A stretch of DNA of 32,000 nucleotides from Cereibacter sphaeroides 2.4.1 (GTDB lineage Bacteria; Pseudomonadota; Alphaproteobacteria; Rhodobacterales; Rhodobacteraceae), in assembly GCF_000012905.2 (NCBI RefSeq), contig NC_007493.2, positions 1,740,001 through 1,772,000 of the forward strand, written 5' to 3'. The position numbers and the translations under genes are program-made. The notes beneath the pieces are model-generated. The model saw only the letters and a list, made by a program, of their open reading frames with translations, made no database searches and was not told the DNA's origin. Every line of letters begins with the position of its first letter. Within the stretch, counting starts at the first letter, position 1. This document shows, in pieces, positions 1-6,472 of this stretch.

Positions 1-26
1 CCATCGCGGGCAGCGACGGCGCTCAT
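1..26 (-). CDS. possible 5' end of a divergent leftward gene running out of the window
   Basis: ATG at 24-26 on the minus strand (MSAVAARDG...), about 58 nt downstream of a perfect minus-strand sigma54 element at 95-110. Only 8 codons are visible and the SD is weak. Confidence 0.25.
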
Positions 27-94
27 CCGTGAAACTCGGAGGCAGGGGAAGACGGCATCGGGCTCACTCGCTGGATCGTTGCTGCGCCTCCCGC

Positions 95-110
95 TGCAAG
101 CGCCGTGCCA
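95..110 (-). promoter_or_regulatory. sigma54 (-24/-12) promoter for the leftward transcription unit
   Basis: The minus strand reads TGGCACGGCGCTTGCA, a perfect TGGCAC-N5-TTGCA. It is the exact inverted copy of the element at 161-176. Confidence 0.75.
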
Positions 111-160
111 GCGGCGGCGGGCCCGGCCCTGTCCGCCCCCGAGGCAGGACCCCGCGGTTC

Positions 161-176
161 TGGCACGGCGCTTGCA
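161..176 (+). promoter_or_regulatory. sigma54 (-24/-12) promoter of the flgP-flgT-flgA-flgM operon
   Basis: TGGCACGGCGCTTGCA, a perfect TGGCAC-N5-TTGCA, lies 38 nt upstream of the flgP ATG (214). Confidence 0.8.
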
Positions 177-213
177 CCCCGCTGGCCGAGACCTGCGCCC
201 GAGGAGGCCCGCC

Positions 214-747
214 ATGCCCGTCCGTCCGCCCTCCGTCCGCCTTGCCGGACTGGTCCTGCCGATGCTCGCAGCCTGCGCGCCGGGGCCGCGCGCGGTCGAT
301 GCGCTGCCCGCCGACGCGGGCCCCCGCGTGGCCGAGCTTGCGCGGATGAAGGATGCCAACGACAGGCTCGACGGGCGGAGCGCAGGCCGAAGCGCGGGCC
401 TCATCGCGGTGACGCCGAAGCCGCTCGTGACCGGCATCGGATTTGCCGCCGTCGCGGGCCAGCCGGGTCACACGCTGAACGAGCGCCGCCTGATAGCCAT
501 CCGCGCCGCCAAGATCGAGGCGATGCGCGATCTGGCCGAGCAGGTGCATGGCCTCCGTCTCGATGCGCGCACCACAGTGCGCGATGCGGTGGCGGTGGAC
601 GACCAGATCGCGGGCGCGGTCGCGGGCACCATCCGGGGCGCGCGGCTCGTGCGCGTCACGCCGAAGGGCAGCGACAGCTACGAGGTCGAGCTCGCCCTCG
701 ACGCCGATGCGGTGGGCTATATCGTGAAGGCGGCACGGCAGCGGTGA
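214..747 (+). CDS. flgP: flagellar outer-membrane lipoprotein, LPP20/FlgP family
   Basis: ATG 214 is preceded by GAGGAGG (201-207). The N-terminus MPVRPPSVRLAGLVLPMLAAC is a lipoprotein signal with lipobox L-A-A-C. The body (GIGFAAV..NERRLIAIRAAKIEAMRDLAEQV..VRVTPKG..YEVELAL) fits the LPP20/FlgP pattern. The 5' extension of track ORF 79..747 overlies the promoter and is Arg/Pro-rich. Confidence 0.7.
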   Translation: MPVRPPSVRLAGLVLPMLAACAPGPRAVDALPADAGPRVAELARMKDANDRLDGRSAGRSAGLIAVTPKPLVTGIGFAAVAGQPGHTLNERRLIAIRAAKIEAMRDLAEQVHGLRLDARTTVRDAVAVDDQIAGAVAGTIRGARLVRVTPKGSDSYEVELALDADAVGYIVKAARQR

Positions 748-1829
748 GACGGCTTCTCCTCCTCCTCCTCGCGCTCCTCCTCGCGCCTCTGGCCGCCTCG
801 GCCGACAGCCCCGCCGTCCGGGTCGAGGCCGAGGGCTTCGCCATGGTCGCGGGCCCCGGAGACCGCGATGCCGCCCGCCGCCGCGCCGTGTCCGACGCGC
901 TGCTCGCCGCGGCCCTTGCGGCCGGGGCGGATGTCTCGGGCCACACGGCCGTCAACCGCGGCATCGTCACCTCCGACGTGGCCATCGTGCGCAGCGTGGG
1001 CCGGATCCTGCGCCACCGGATCCTCTCCGAGACGCTGAGCGGCGCCACCTGGCGCGTGCGGATCGAGGCGCTGGTGGGCGAAGGGCCGGGGCCGCTCTGC
1101 CCGGTGCGCACGCTGATCGTCACCGCCTACCCCGCCACCCTCGCCGTCGATCCGCATGCGCCCGCATGGTCGGGCGAGCTGGCCCGGACCATCGCGGAGC
1201 GGCTGGTCGAGCGGCTGGCCCTCCATCCGGCGGCCTCCCTCTCCCGCGTGGCCGAGCGGCGGCCCACGCGCCTCGGGCGCGGCGGCGAGGCCTTCGACTA
1301 CCAGAGCCTCACGCAGGGCTCGGTGCGCCTGCCCGCCAACGGCCACGGCTTCCTGCCCACCATCCGCCTCCGCCGCGTGGCCGGCCCGCGCCTCGAGCTC
1401 GCGCTCGAGCTGAAGCTGGTGGCCGCCGACGGCACGGCCTCGGTGCAGCAGTTCGTCCGCCGCGTGCCCCTGCCCCGGCCCTCGCTTCTGGGAGACCTCT
1501 CGGTCCTCGTCCAGCCGCAGCGCGAGGCGCTGGCTTCGGCGCTGCTCGAAGGCTCCGACCGGGCGCTCGACGCGCTCTTCGACCGCGCGGGCTGCGAGCC
1601 CGCCTCGGCGCGGCTCGTGGCGGCGGGGGGCCTTCTCGAGGTGCCGGTGGGACAGGCCAACGGCCTCACGCCGGGCAGCCTCGCCTTCACCGCGGACGGC
1701 GGCTCGACCGAGATCCTCGAGATCGTGGCGCTCCGGTCCGGGTCGGCACGGCTCCGGCCGCTCGATCCCACGCGCCCGCCCGCCGCCTTCGCCGGCCGCC
1801 GCGTGCAGTTCGTGGAGACCGGCCGGTGA
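744..1829 (+). CDS. flgT: periplasmic flagellar protein, FlgT-like (H-ring component)
   Basis: GTG 744 overlaps the flgP stop (GTGA). Signal peptide is VRRLLLLLLALLLAPLAASA. It sits between flgP and flgA, and its size (361 aa) and N-terminal region are consistent with distant FlgT homologues as I recall them. Confidence 0.55.
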   Translation: MRRLLLLLLALLLAPLAASADSPAVRVEAEGFAMVAGPGDRDAARRRAVSDALLAAALAAGADVSGHTAVNRGIVTSDVAIVRSVGRILRHRILSETLSGATWRVRIEALVGEGPGPLCPVRTLIVTAYPATLAVDPHAPAWSGELARTIAERLVERLALHPAASLSRVAERRPTRLGRGGEAFDYQSLTQGSVRLPANGHGFLPTIRLRRVAGPRLELALELKLVAADGTASVQQFVRRVPLPRPSLLGDLSVLVQPQREALASALLEGSDRALDALFDRAGCEPASARLVAAGGLLEVPVGQANGLTPGSLAFTADGGSTEILEIVALRSGSARLRPLDPTRPPAAFAGRRVQFVETGR

Positions 1830-2494
1830 GCGTGCGTCTGCTTCCGCTTCTCCTCCTGCTGGCCGCACCGGCCGCGGCGCAGGGCCTTTCCGGCGCCGAG
1901 ACCGCGGCGCTGGTCGCCGCCGCGATGGCACGCGCGGGCGTGCCGGGCGCGCCGCCGGTGCCGGTGCGCGCCCTGCCGCCCTGCAGCCACACGCCCCATG
2001 TGGAGGCGCTGAACGGCAGCTGGAGCACGGCCGAACTGCGCTGCGACGCCCCCGCCTGGAAGCGCGCCCTGCGCACCTCCGCGCCCGCCTCCCCTGCGCC
2101 CCGCGCACCCGACGCGGCGGACGCGGCCTTTGCGGGGGTCGCGCTCATCCGCCCCCTCGCCCGCGGCAGCGTGATCGCGGCCGAGGATCTGGCGTCGGGG
2201 CCAGAGTCCGCGCGCTGGCACGCCGATCTGATCGGACGCCGCCTGAAGGTCGCGCTCGCCCCGGGCCAGCCGGTCCTGCCCCGCCATCTCGAGCCCGACT
2301 GGCTGGTGACCCGCGGCGGCCCCGTGGCGCTGCGCGTCGCGGCCGGCCCGATCGAGGTGCTGGCCCCGGCCGAAGCTCTCGAGGATGGCGCGCTCGGCGA
2401 TCTCGTCGAGGTGCGCAACCTCTCCAGCGGCGCCACCCTGCGCGCCACCGTCACCGCGCGCAATTTGGCCGAGGTTCGGCCTAACATGCGCTGA
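1826..2494 (+). CDS. flgA: flagellar P-ring assembly chaperone FlgA
   Basis: GTG 1826 overlaps the flgT stop (GTGA). It has a signal peptide (VSVRLLPLLLLLAAPAAAQG) and a C-terminal SAF-type region (LIGRRLKVALAPGQPVL...GDLVEVRNLSSGATLRATV). Confidence 0.8.
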   Translation: MSVRLLPLLLLLAAPAAAQGLSGAETAALVAAAMARAGVPGAPPVPVRALPPCSHTPHVEALNGSWSTAELRCDAPAWKRALRTSAPASPAPRAPDAADAAFAGVALIRPLARGSVIAAEDLASGPESARWHADLIGRRLKVALAPGQPVLPRHLEPDWLVTRGGPVALRVAAGPIEVLAPAEALEDGALGDLVEVRNLSSGATLRATVTARNLAEVRPNMR

Positions 2495-2530
2495 AGTTGG
2501 GCCGTTACGAGAGGCATGAAGGAGGGTCAC

Positions 2531-2830
2531 ATGGTCGAATCCGTCGTCCCCACACCCGGTCCAAGCCGCCTCGAACGCCTGAAGGACACCCAGACACGGG
2601 TGGACCGATCCCTTGCGGGGGCCGCCACGGGCTCCGCCAGGGCGTCGGGAGAAACGGTCGAGCTGAGTGCCGCCGCCCTGGCCACGCCGGAGGAGCTGCG
2701 CTCGGGTCCGCCCGTCGATCTCGAACTGGTGCAGAAGATCAAGGACGCGATCGCCGAAGGGAAATATCCCGTCGACCTCGAACGCATCACCGATGCGCTC
2801 TTTGCGGACTATCTCGATCTGAAGCTCTGA
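2531..2830 (+). CDS. flgM: anti-sigma-28 factor FlgM
   Basis: ATG 2531 has a strong SD (AAGGAGGG, 2519-2526); an upstream ATG at 2516 is the alternative start. The C-terminal signature VDLELVQKIKDAIAEGKYPVDLERITDAL is typical of FlgM. Confidence 0.8.
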   Translation: MVESVVPTPGPSRLERLKDTQTRVDRSLAGAATGSARASGETVELSAAALATPEELRSGPPVDLELVQKIKDAIAEGKYPVDLERITDALFADYLDLKL

Positions 2831-2858
2831 GACCTCGAACACCGGAGCATCTCCTGGC

Positions 2859-3230
2859 ATGAGCCCCCTTCTCGTCCTATCCCTCGCGCTGCCCGCCGCC
2901 GCGGCCGGCGCCCTGGCCTACGTCCTGATGCGCAGGCATCGCGCCGGGGCGCCCGCCGCGCCCCCGGCGCTCGAAGAGCAGCTGGCCGCCCTCGAACAGA
3001 GGATCTCCGACCGGCTGCACGACATGGACTGGCGCCATGCCTCGGTGCTCGACCGGATCAGCGCGACGACCGACAGCCTGCAGTCCGACATCGACTGGCT
3101 CACCGGCGAGCGGATGATCGAACAGGCGATCCAGCTCGCCCGGAAGGGCGCGGAGCCCGAGGCCATCGCAGGCGAAGTGGGGCTCGAGCTGGAGGAAGCC
3201 CGCGCCATCGCACGCCTGCGCCGGCACTGA
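2859..3230 (+). CDS. small membrane-anchored flagellar-cluster protein (DUF2802-like by recall)
   Basis: It has an N-terminal TM helix (LLVLSLALPAAAAGALAYVLM), a coiled segment, and a C-terminal GAEPEAIAGEVGLELEEARAIARL helix-turn-helix-like tail. It begins 28 nt after flgM on the same strand. Confidence 0.6.
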   Translation: MSPLLVLSLALPAAAAGALAYVLMRRHRAGAPAAPPALEEQLAALEQRISDRLHDMDWRHASVLDRISATTDSLQSDIDWLTGERMIEQAIQLARKGAEPEAIAGEVGLELEEARAIARLRRH

Positions 3231-3248
3231 CCCGGCGCCATGCCGCCG

Positions 3249-3881
3249 TCAGCCTGCGGCGGCGCAGGCCACGGCCGGGTGGCTCGCCGCCCGGCACCAT
3301 TCCGCAAAAGCCGCAAGCGCGCCGTCCTGCACCGCGAACCGGTCCGGCTCGGGCACTTCCGCCAGCGCCGCATCGCGCGCGCCCTGCGCCTCGGGCAGCC
3401 CGAGGGCAGCCGCGATGGCGAGCCATTCATAGGCGCGCTTCGCATCCGGCTCGGGCCGCAGTTGCAGCAGGACGCGCGCGAGGCCGAACATGGCCCGCGC
3501 GTCGCCCGCGGCGATCCCCGGCGCCAGCACCCTCTCCAGCCGCTCCGCAAGATCGGCGCGCGCCTCGTCGGGCAGCGCGGCCGTCAGGCGCTGCGACAGC
3601 GCCTCGGCCCGCGGGATGCCCGCGATCTGCGCCCGCCACGCCCAGTAGAGCGCCTCGCGCGGGTTCTGCGGCAGGCCCGCCCCCTCGGCATAGAGAAGCG
3701 CGAGGTTGAACTGCGCCTCGGCCTCGCCCGCCTCGGCCAGGGTCTTGAACAGCACCGCCGCCCGCCCCGCATCGCCCGCGCGGAAGGCGGCGATCGCCGC
3801 GTCGAACGGATCGGCCCCGGTCTCGGACGCGGTCGCCGCACCCACGCTCAGCGCGAGGCAGAGGAGCGCCGCCCCCCTCAT
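3249..3881 (-). CDS. secreted Sel1-type TPR repeat protein
   Basis: Signal peptide is MRGAALLCLALSVGAATA. Sel1-like repeats include AEAQFNLALLYAEGAGLPQNPREALYWAWRAQIAG and DARAMFGLARVLL..DAKRAYEWLAIAAALG. Its ATG overlaps the stop of the upstream gene (ATGA at 3878-3881). Confidence 0.75.
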   Translation of the reverse strand: MRGAALLCLALSVGAATASETGADPFDAAIAAFRAGDAGRAAVLFKTLAEAGEAEAQFNLALLYAEGAGLPQNPREALYWAWRAQIAGIPRAEALSQRLTAALPDEARADLAERLERVLAPGIAAGDARAMFGLARVLLQLRPEPDAKRAYEWLAIAAALGLPEAQGARDAALAEVPEPDRFAVQDGALAAFAEWCRAASHPAVACAAAG

Positions 3882-4273
3882 TTCCCCGCCTTCATCACGA
3901 GCTGCAGATAGAGCATCCGCTGCTTCGGCCGCAGAGGCCCCTTCTGCTCGTAGACAACAAGGCGCGGCCGCGCATGGCCCTCGATCTCGAAGGCGATGGT
4001 GATGGTCTCGGGCAGGAAGACGTCATAGGCCGCAAGCGTCGCCACCGGATCGGCGGCGAACCGGTCGCGGAAGATCGGGTCGATCCAGATCCGCGCCAGC
4101 GCCCGGCCAAGGATGTCGGGCAGATACCGCTCGACCTGCGCCCGGTTCTTCAGCCGCGTCTCGGTGCGCACGAGGTCGAAGGCGTCGGCATCGTCGCCCT
4201 CGCGCACCGGCCGCGGCCCGGCGGGCAGCCGCCTGGCCAGCGGCGCGAGCACCTGCGGCAGGTTCAGTCTCAT
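3878..4273 (-). CDS. 131-aa protein with an NHLP / nitrile-hydratase-alpha-like segment
   Basis: ATG 4273 has a GGGGAGA SD. The segment ARIWIDPIFRDRFAADPVATLAAYDVFLPETITIAFEIEG resembles the AW.D..F...L..P.aA....G..LPe.v.v motif of NHLP leaders and NHase alpha. It is translationally coupled to the Sel1 gene. Confidence 0.55.
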   Translation of the reverse strand: MRLNLPQVLAPLARRLPAGPRPVREGDDADAFDLVRTETRLKNRAQVERYLPDILGRALARIWIDPIFRDRFAADPVATLAAYDVFLPETITIAFEIEGHARPRLVVYEQKGPLRPKQRMLYLQLVMKAGK

Positions 4274-4439
4274 CCGTCTCCCCTTCGCGAACGGAAAGCG
4301 CCGGCGGGCGGGCCTCCTCCCTGCCTGCAACGGCGCGCGGGCAGGGATTGTTAGCCAAGGGCCCCCGCCTTCCGCAGGGGATCCCTCTCGTTCGGGCGGG
4401 ATGCGGGCCGAGGCCGCTCCGGCGTAGGATGGCCGGATC

Positions 4440-4925
4440 ATGACCAGCCGCGCCTCTTCCCGCCTCCTGTTCTCGCTTGGCCTGGCGCTGCCGCTCGGGC
4501 TCTTCGGCGCGGGCCTCGCCCGGCTCCTCGACCGGCCGCCGGTCTCTCTCCTGCCGCCCGCCCCGGTTGAGGAGGCGGGCCCCCGGCGGCCGGAGGGGCC
4601 GCTCACCTACCTGCCGCTGCCCGCGCCGATCCATGCCACCATCCGCGGCGGCCGGCGGCAACTGACGATCCAGGCGAGCTTCGCGGTGGAGACCGGCCAG
4701 ATCGGCCTTGCGGAAATGGCCTCGATGCTGAAGACCGACCTGCCCCTCCTGACGGTGGAGCTGGCCGAGGCGCTGCGCGCCTGCGACGAGGCCCAGCCCT
4801 CGCTCGACGCCTTCCGCCGGGCGCTGCCCAACGCGCTGCGGGCCGCTGTCAATGCGCGCTATGGAACCCCGGAGGCGCCCGAGCCGGTGTTCGAGGCGCT
4901 TCTCACCGATTTCCTCGTGAACTGA
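4440..4925 (+). CDS. FliL-family paralog (flagellar basal-body-associated membrane protein)
   Basis: It has an N-terminal TM helix (LLFSLGLALPLGLFGAGLA). Its body parallels the fliL product at 27005-27577: LRAAVNARY versus LRGAVNARL, and C-terminal FEALLTDFLVN versus IEAVFFPSFILQ. Confidence 0.65.
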   Translation: MTSRASSRLLFSLGLALPLGLFGAGLARLLDRPPVSLLPPAPVEEAGPRRPEGPLTYLPLPAPIHATIRGGRRQLTIQASFAVETGQIGLAEMASMLKTDLPLLTVELAEALRACDEAQPSLDAFRRALPNALRAAVNARYGTPEAPEPVFEALLTDFLVN

Positions 4926-4931
4926 CCGGCC

Positions 4932-4947
4932 CGGCACGGAGCTTGCA
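4932..4947 (+). promoter_or_regulatory. sigma54 (-24/-12) promoter candidate
   Basis: CGGCACGGAGCTTGCA has correct GG-N10-GC spacing and a perfect TTGCA. It lies 32 nt upstream of ATG 4979. Confidence 0.6.
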
Positions 4948-4978
4948 GGCGGCCCGCGCCATCTTCGGGAGAAAGCCC

Positions 4979-5167
4979 ATGTCCATCGAGCTTCAGCAGT
5001 CCGCTCCAGCCTTCCGCCGCCCGCCGCCGGTCCCCGAGGCCGTGGGGGCGCCGCTCGAGGGGCTGATGGTCGAGACGGTCCATTTCGACGAGGACGGCCG
5101 CGAGGCGCGCCGCACCCGCCGCCCGCTGCACGCCCTCCTCGCCCCCCTGCGCCTCAGGCGGGCCTGA
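4979..5167 (+). CDS. 62-aa hypothetical protein with an Arg-rich C-terminus
   Basis: It has its own sigma54 element and a GGGAGA SD 6 nt upstream of the ATG. Hand-counted GC3 is about 94% versus GC2 about 53%, which is coding-like for this genome. I recognise no family. Confidence 0.5.
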   Translation: MSIELQQSAPAFRRPPPVPEAVGAPLEGLMVETVHFDEDGREARRTRRPLHALLAPLRLRRA

Positions 5168-5239
5168 CCGCCCGCAGGACGGCCGCGGCCCGGCTCTTCT
5201 CGTTCAGGGCGTTCGCGGGGAGACGGCGCGACTGTCAGA

Positions 5240-5483
5240 GGATCTCCTCCGGCGGCAGGGCCGGCCGTTTGCAGCCGTAGGAAAAGGGCGCCGTGGGATC
5301 TCTTCCGGCGCCCCTCGCGCCATCGGCCCCGCCGTAAGCACGGCAGAGCCGTTCACTGTGGAGCGCCCCGGGATCTTCTTCGGCGCCCTCAGTGCTGCGC
5401 CGTGTCCGGCTTACCCCTCGCACCCACACCGGCGCGGCGGAGCCGTTGCGGCCAAGCGCCGAGGGATCTTCCTAGCGCTCTGC
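5240..5483. repeat. four dispersed copies of a GGATCT[CT][CT]T[CT]C core; copies 2-4 lie in loops of short GC stems
   Basis: Cores start at 5240, 5296, 5371 and 5464. Stems are 5286-5292/5307-5313, 5363-5367/5382-5386 and 5455-5459/5475-5479. Copies 3 and 4 share a roughly 45-nt unit (GAGCCGTT..AGCGCC..GGGATCTTC..). Confidence 0.7.
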
Positions 5484-5494
5484 CGGGGTCCGGC

Positions 5495-5812
5495 TCAGGC
5501 CCCGGCCCTGCCGTAGGCGTGGCGGAGCCGCTGGGTGCGGTGCGCCGCGGCCTCGGCCTCCGCGCCCTGCCGGTCGAGCCAGCCCTGCGCTGCCCGCACC
5601 GCGTCGAGCGCTTCGGAGAGCGCGTCGCGTGTCGCCTCCCTGAGGGCGCCCCACCCGTGCGGGGCGGGCAACTCCTCGGCGAGCGCCCGCAGATCGGCCT
5701 CGCGCGCCAGCAGAAGATCCACGTCCCCCCGCTCCATGGCGCGCCTCAGCGCGGCGGAGGCCGCCGCCAGACCGAGGCAGAGCGCGCGCGGATCGGGGGC
5801 TCCGGGTCTCAC
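5495..5812 (-). CDS. small helical protein downstream of fliS, FliT-like by position
   Basis: GTG 5812 overlaps the fliS stop (GTGA). It is 105 aa, all-helical and Ala/Leu/Arg-rich. The fliS-fliT gene order is common, but the sequence similarity is not verifiable by eye. Confidence 0.4.
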   Translation of the reverse strand: MRPGAPDPRALCLGLAAASAALRRAMERGDVDLLLAREADLRALAEELPAPHGWGALREATRDALSEALDAVRAAQGWLDRQGAEAEAAAHRTQRLRHAYGRAGA

Positions 5813-6189
5813 GGCCGGGGGCCGATCTGTTCCCAGGCCTCGAGGATGGCGCTGATATGGCCGGCGGCGTCCGTGAGCTGCCCATGCTCGCGCCGGAAGG
5901 CCGAAGCCACCTGAAGGCGGCAGAATTCATAGACCCGGAAGAGGTTGTCGGCGATCTCGCCGCCCTTCTCGAAATCGAGGCTGCTCTGCAGGATGTAGAT
6001 CGCGGTGAAGGCGCGGTTCAGATGCTGGTCGGGATAGGATCCGCCCGCCTCGGCCGCCGCGGCCAGCGCGCGCAGCGACCGCTCCAGTTCGCGCAGCGTG
6101 ACGAGCACGATCTGATGAGGGTCCTCGACCGCCTGGAAGTCCACGGTTTCGGTGCGGCGGTAGCGTGCCCGCGCATCGGCGAAAGTCAT
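5809..6189 (-). CDS. fliS: flagellin export chaperone FliS
   Basis: ATG 6189 has a GGAAGGAGA SD. The motifs NRAFTAIYILQSSLDFEKGGEIADNLFRVYEFCRLQV and ILEAWEQI are classical FliS signatures. Confidence 0.85.
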   Translation of the reverse strand: MTFADARARYRRTETVDFQAVEDPHQIVLVTLRELERSLRALAAAAEAGGSYPDQHLNRAFTAIYILQSSLDFEKGGEIADNLFRVYEFCRLQVASAFRREHGQLTDAAGHISAILEAWEQIGPRP

Positions 6190-6398
6190 CCCTGTCTCCT
6201 TCCGGGTAGCGGCTGGTGCTGCAAGAGAAACGACCGGGAGGCTGCGCGTTTTAGGGGTAAGCGCCGGAGTTTCCTCGCGGAGGGAGGGAAAAGCCCGGCG
6301 GAAGGGGCAGAGTTGCCGGCTGTCAACTCCGGCGACGCCCGGAGCGTGAAACCGGACCCGGGGGCGAGGTCGCGGCGCAGGGACTGCAAGGACGGAGA

Positions 6399-6421
6399 GG
6401 CCTCCCGCACGCGCGGGGGCC
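6399..6421 (-). terminator. candidate intrinsic terminator after the che operon
   Basis: The minus-strand RNA GGCCCCCGC-GCGU-GCGGGAGGCC forms a 9-bp GC stem with one bulge, followed by UCUCCGUCCUU. It lies about 50 nt after the stop at 6473. The U-tract is poor. Confidence 0.3.
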
Positions 6422-6472
6422 GCCGGCTGGAGCCCGTGGCGAGGCCCGGACTTCCGGGACCGCCGGCGCCGG

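Noticed and set aside
105-743. 5' extensions of track ORFs 79..747, 105..1829 and 1166..2494, plus the overlapping minus-strand ORFs 64..549, 717..2108 and 1298..2860
   Set aside because: The extensions run through the sigma54 promoter or through upstream genes and encode Arg/Pro-rich junk. Starts with signal peptides and coupled GTGA/ATG junctions at 214, 744 and 1826 explain the region.
5235-5429. 64-aa minus-strand ORF, and the 170-aa plus-strand ORF 5402..5914, in the repeat-rich gap
   Set aside because: Their 'repeats' (EEDPG, GRDPT, EEIL) are just translations of the DNA repeat. Neither has an SD, and the plus-strand ORF is antisense to the fliT-like gene and fliS. The region is treated as noncoding.
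5240-5483. Interpreting the GGA-in-loop hairpins specifically as a CsrA/RsmA-sponge RNA
   Set aside because: The GGA-in-loop geometry fits, but as far as I recall most alphaproteobacteria lack CsrA, and no csrA or fliW gene is in this window. The idea is kept only as one hypothesis within the repeat-array finding.
6227-6253. Minus-strand TAAA-N15-GTCGTTTC upstream of fliS as a sigma28 promoter; also a perfect TTGACA (plus strand 6321-6326, read on the minus strand)
   Set aside because: The -10 matches only 4 of 8 positions of GCCGATAA. The TTGACA has no acceptable -10 partner. The fliS promoter remains unidentified.
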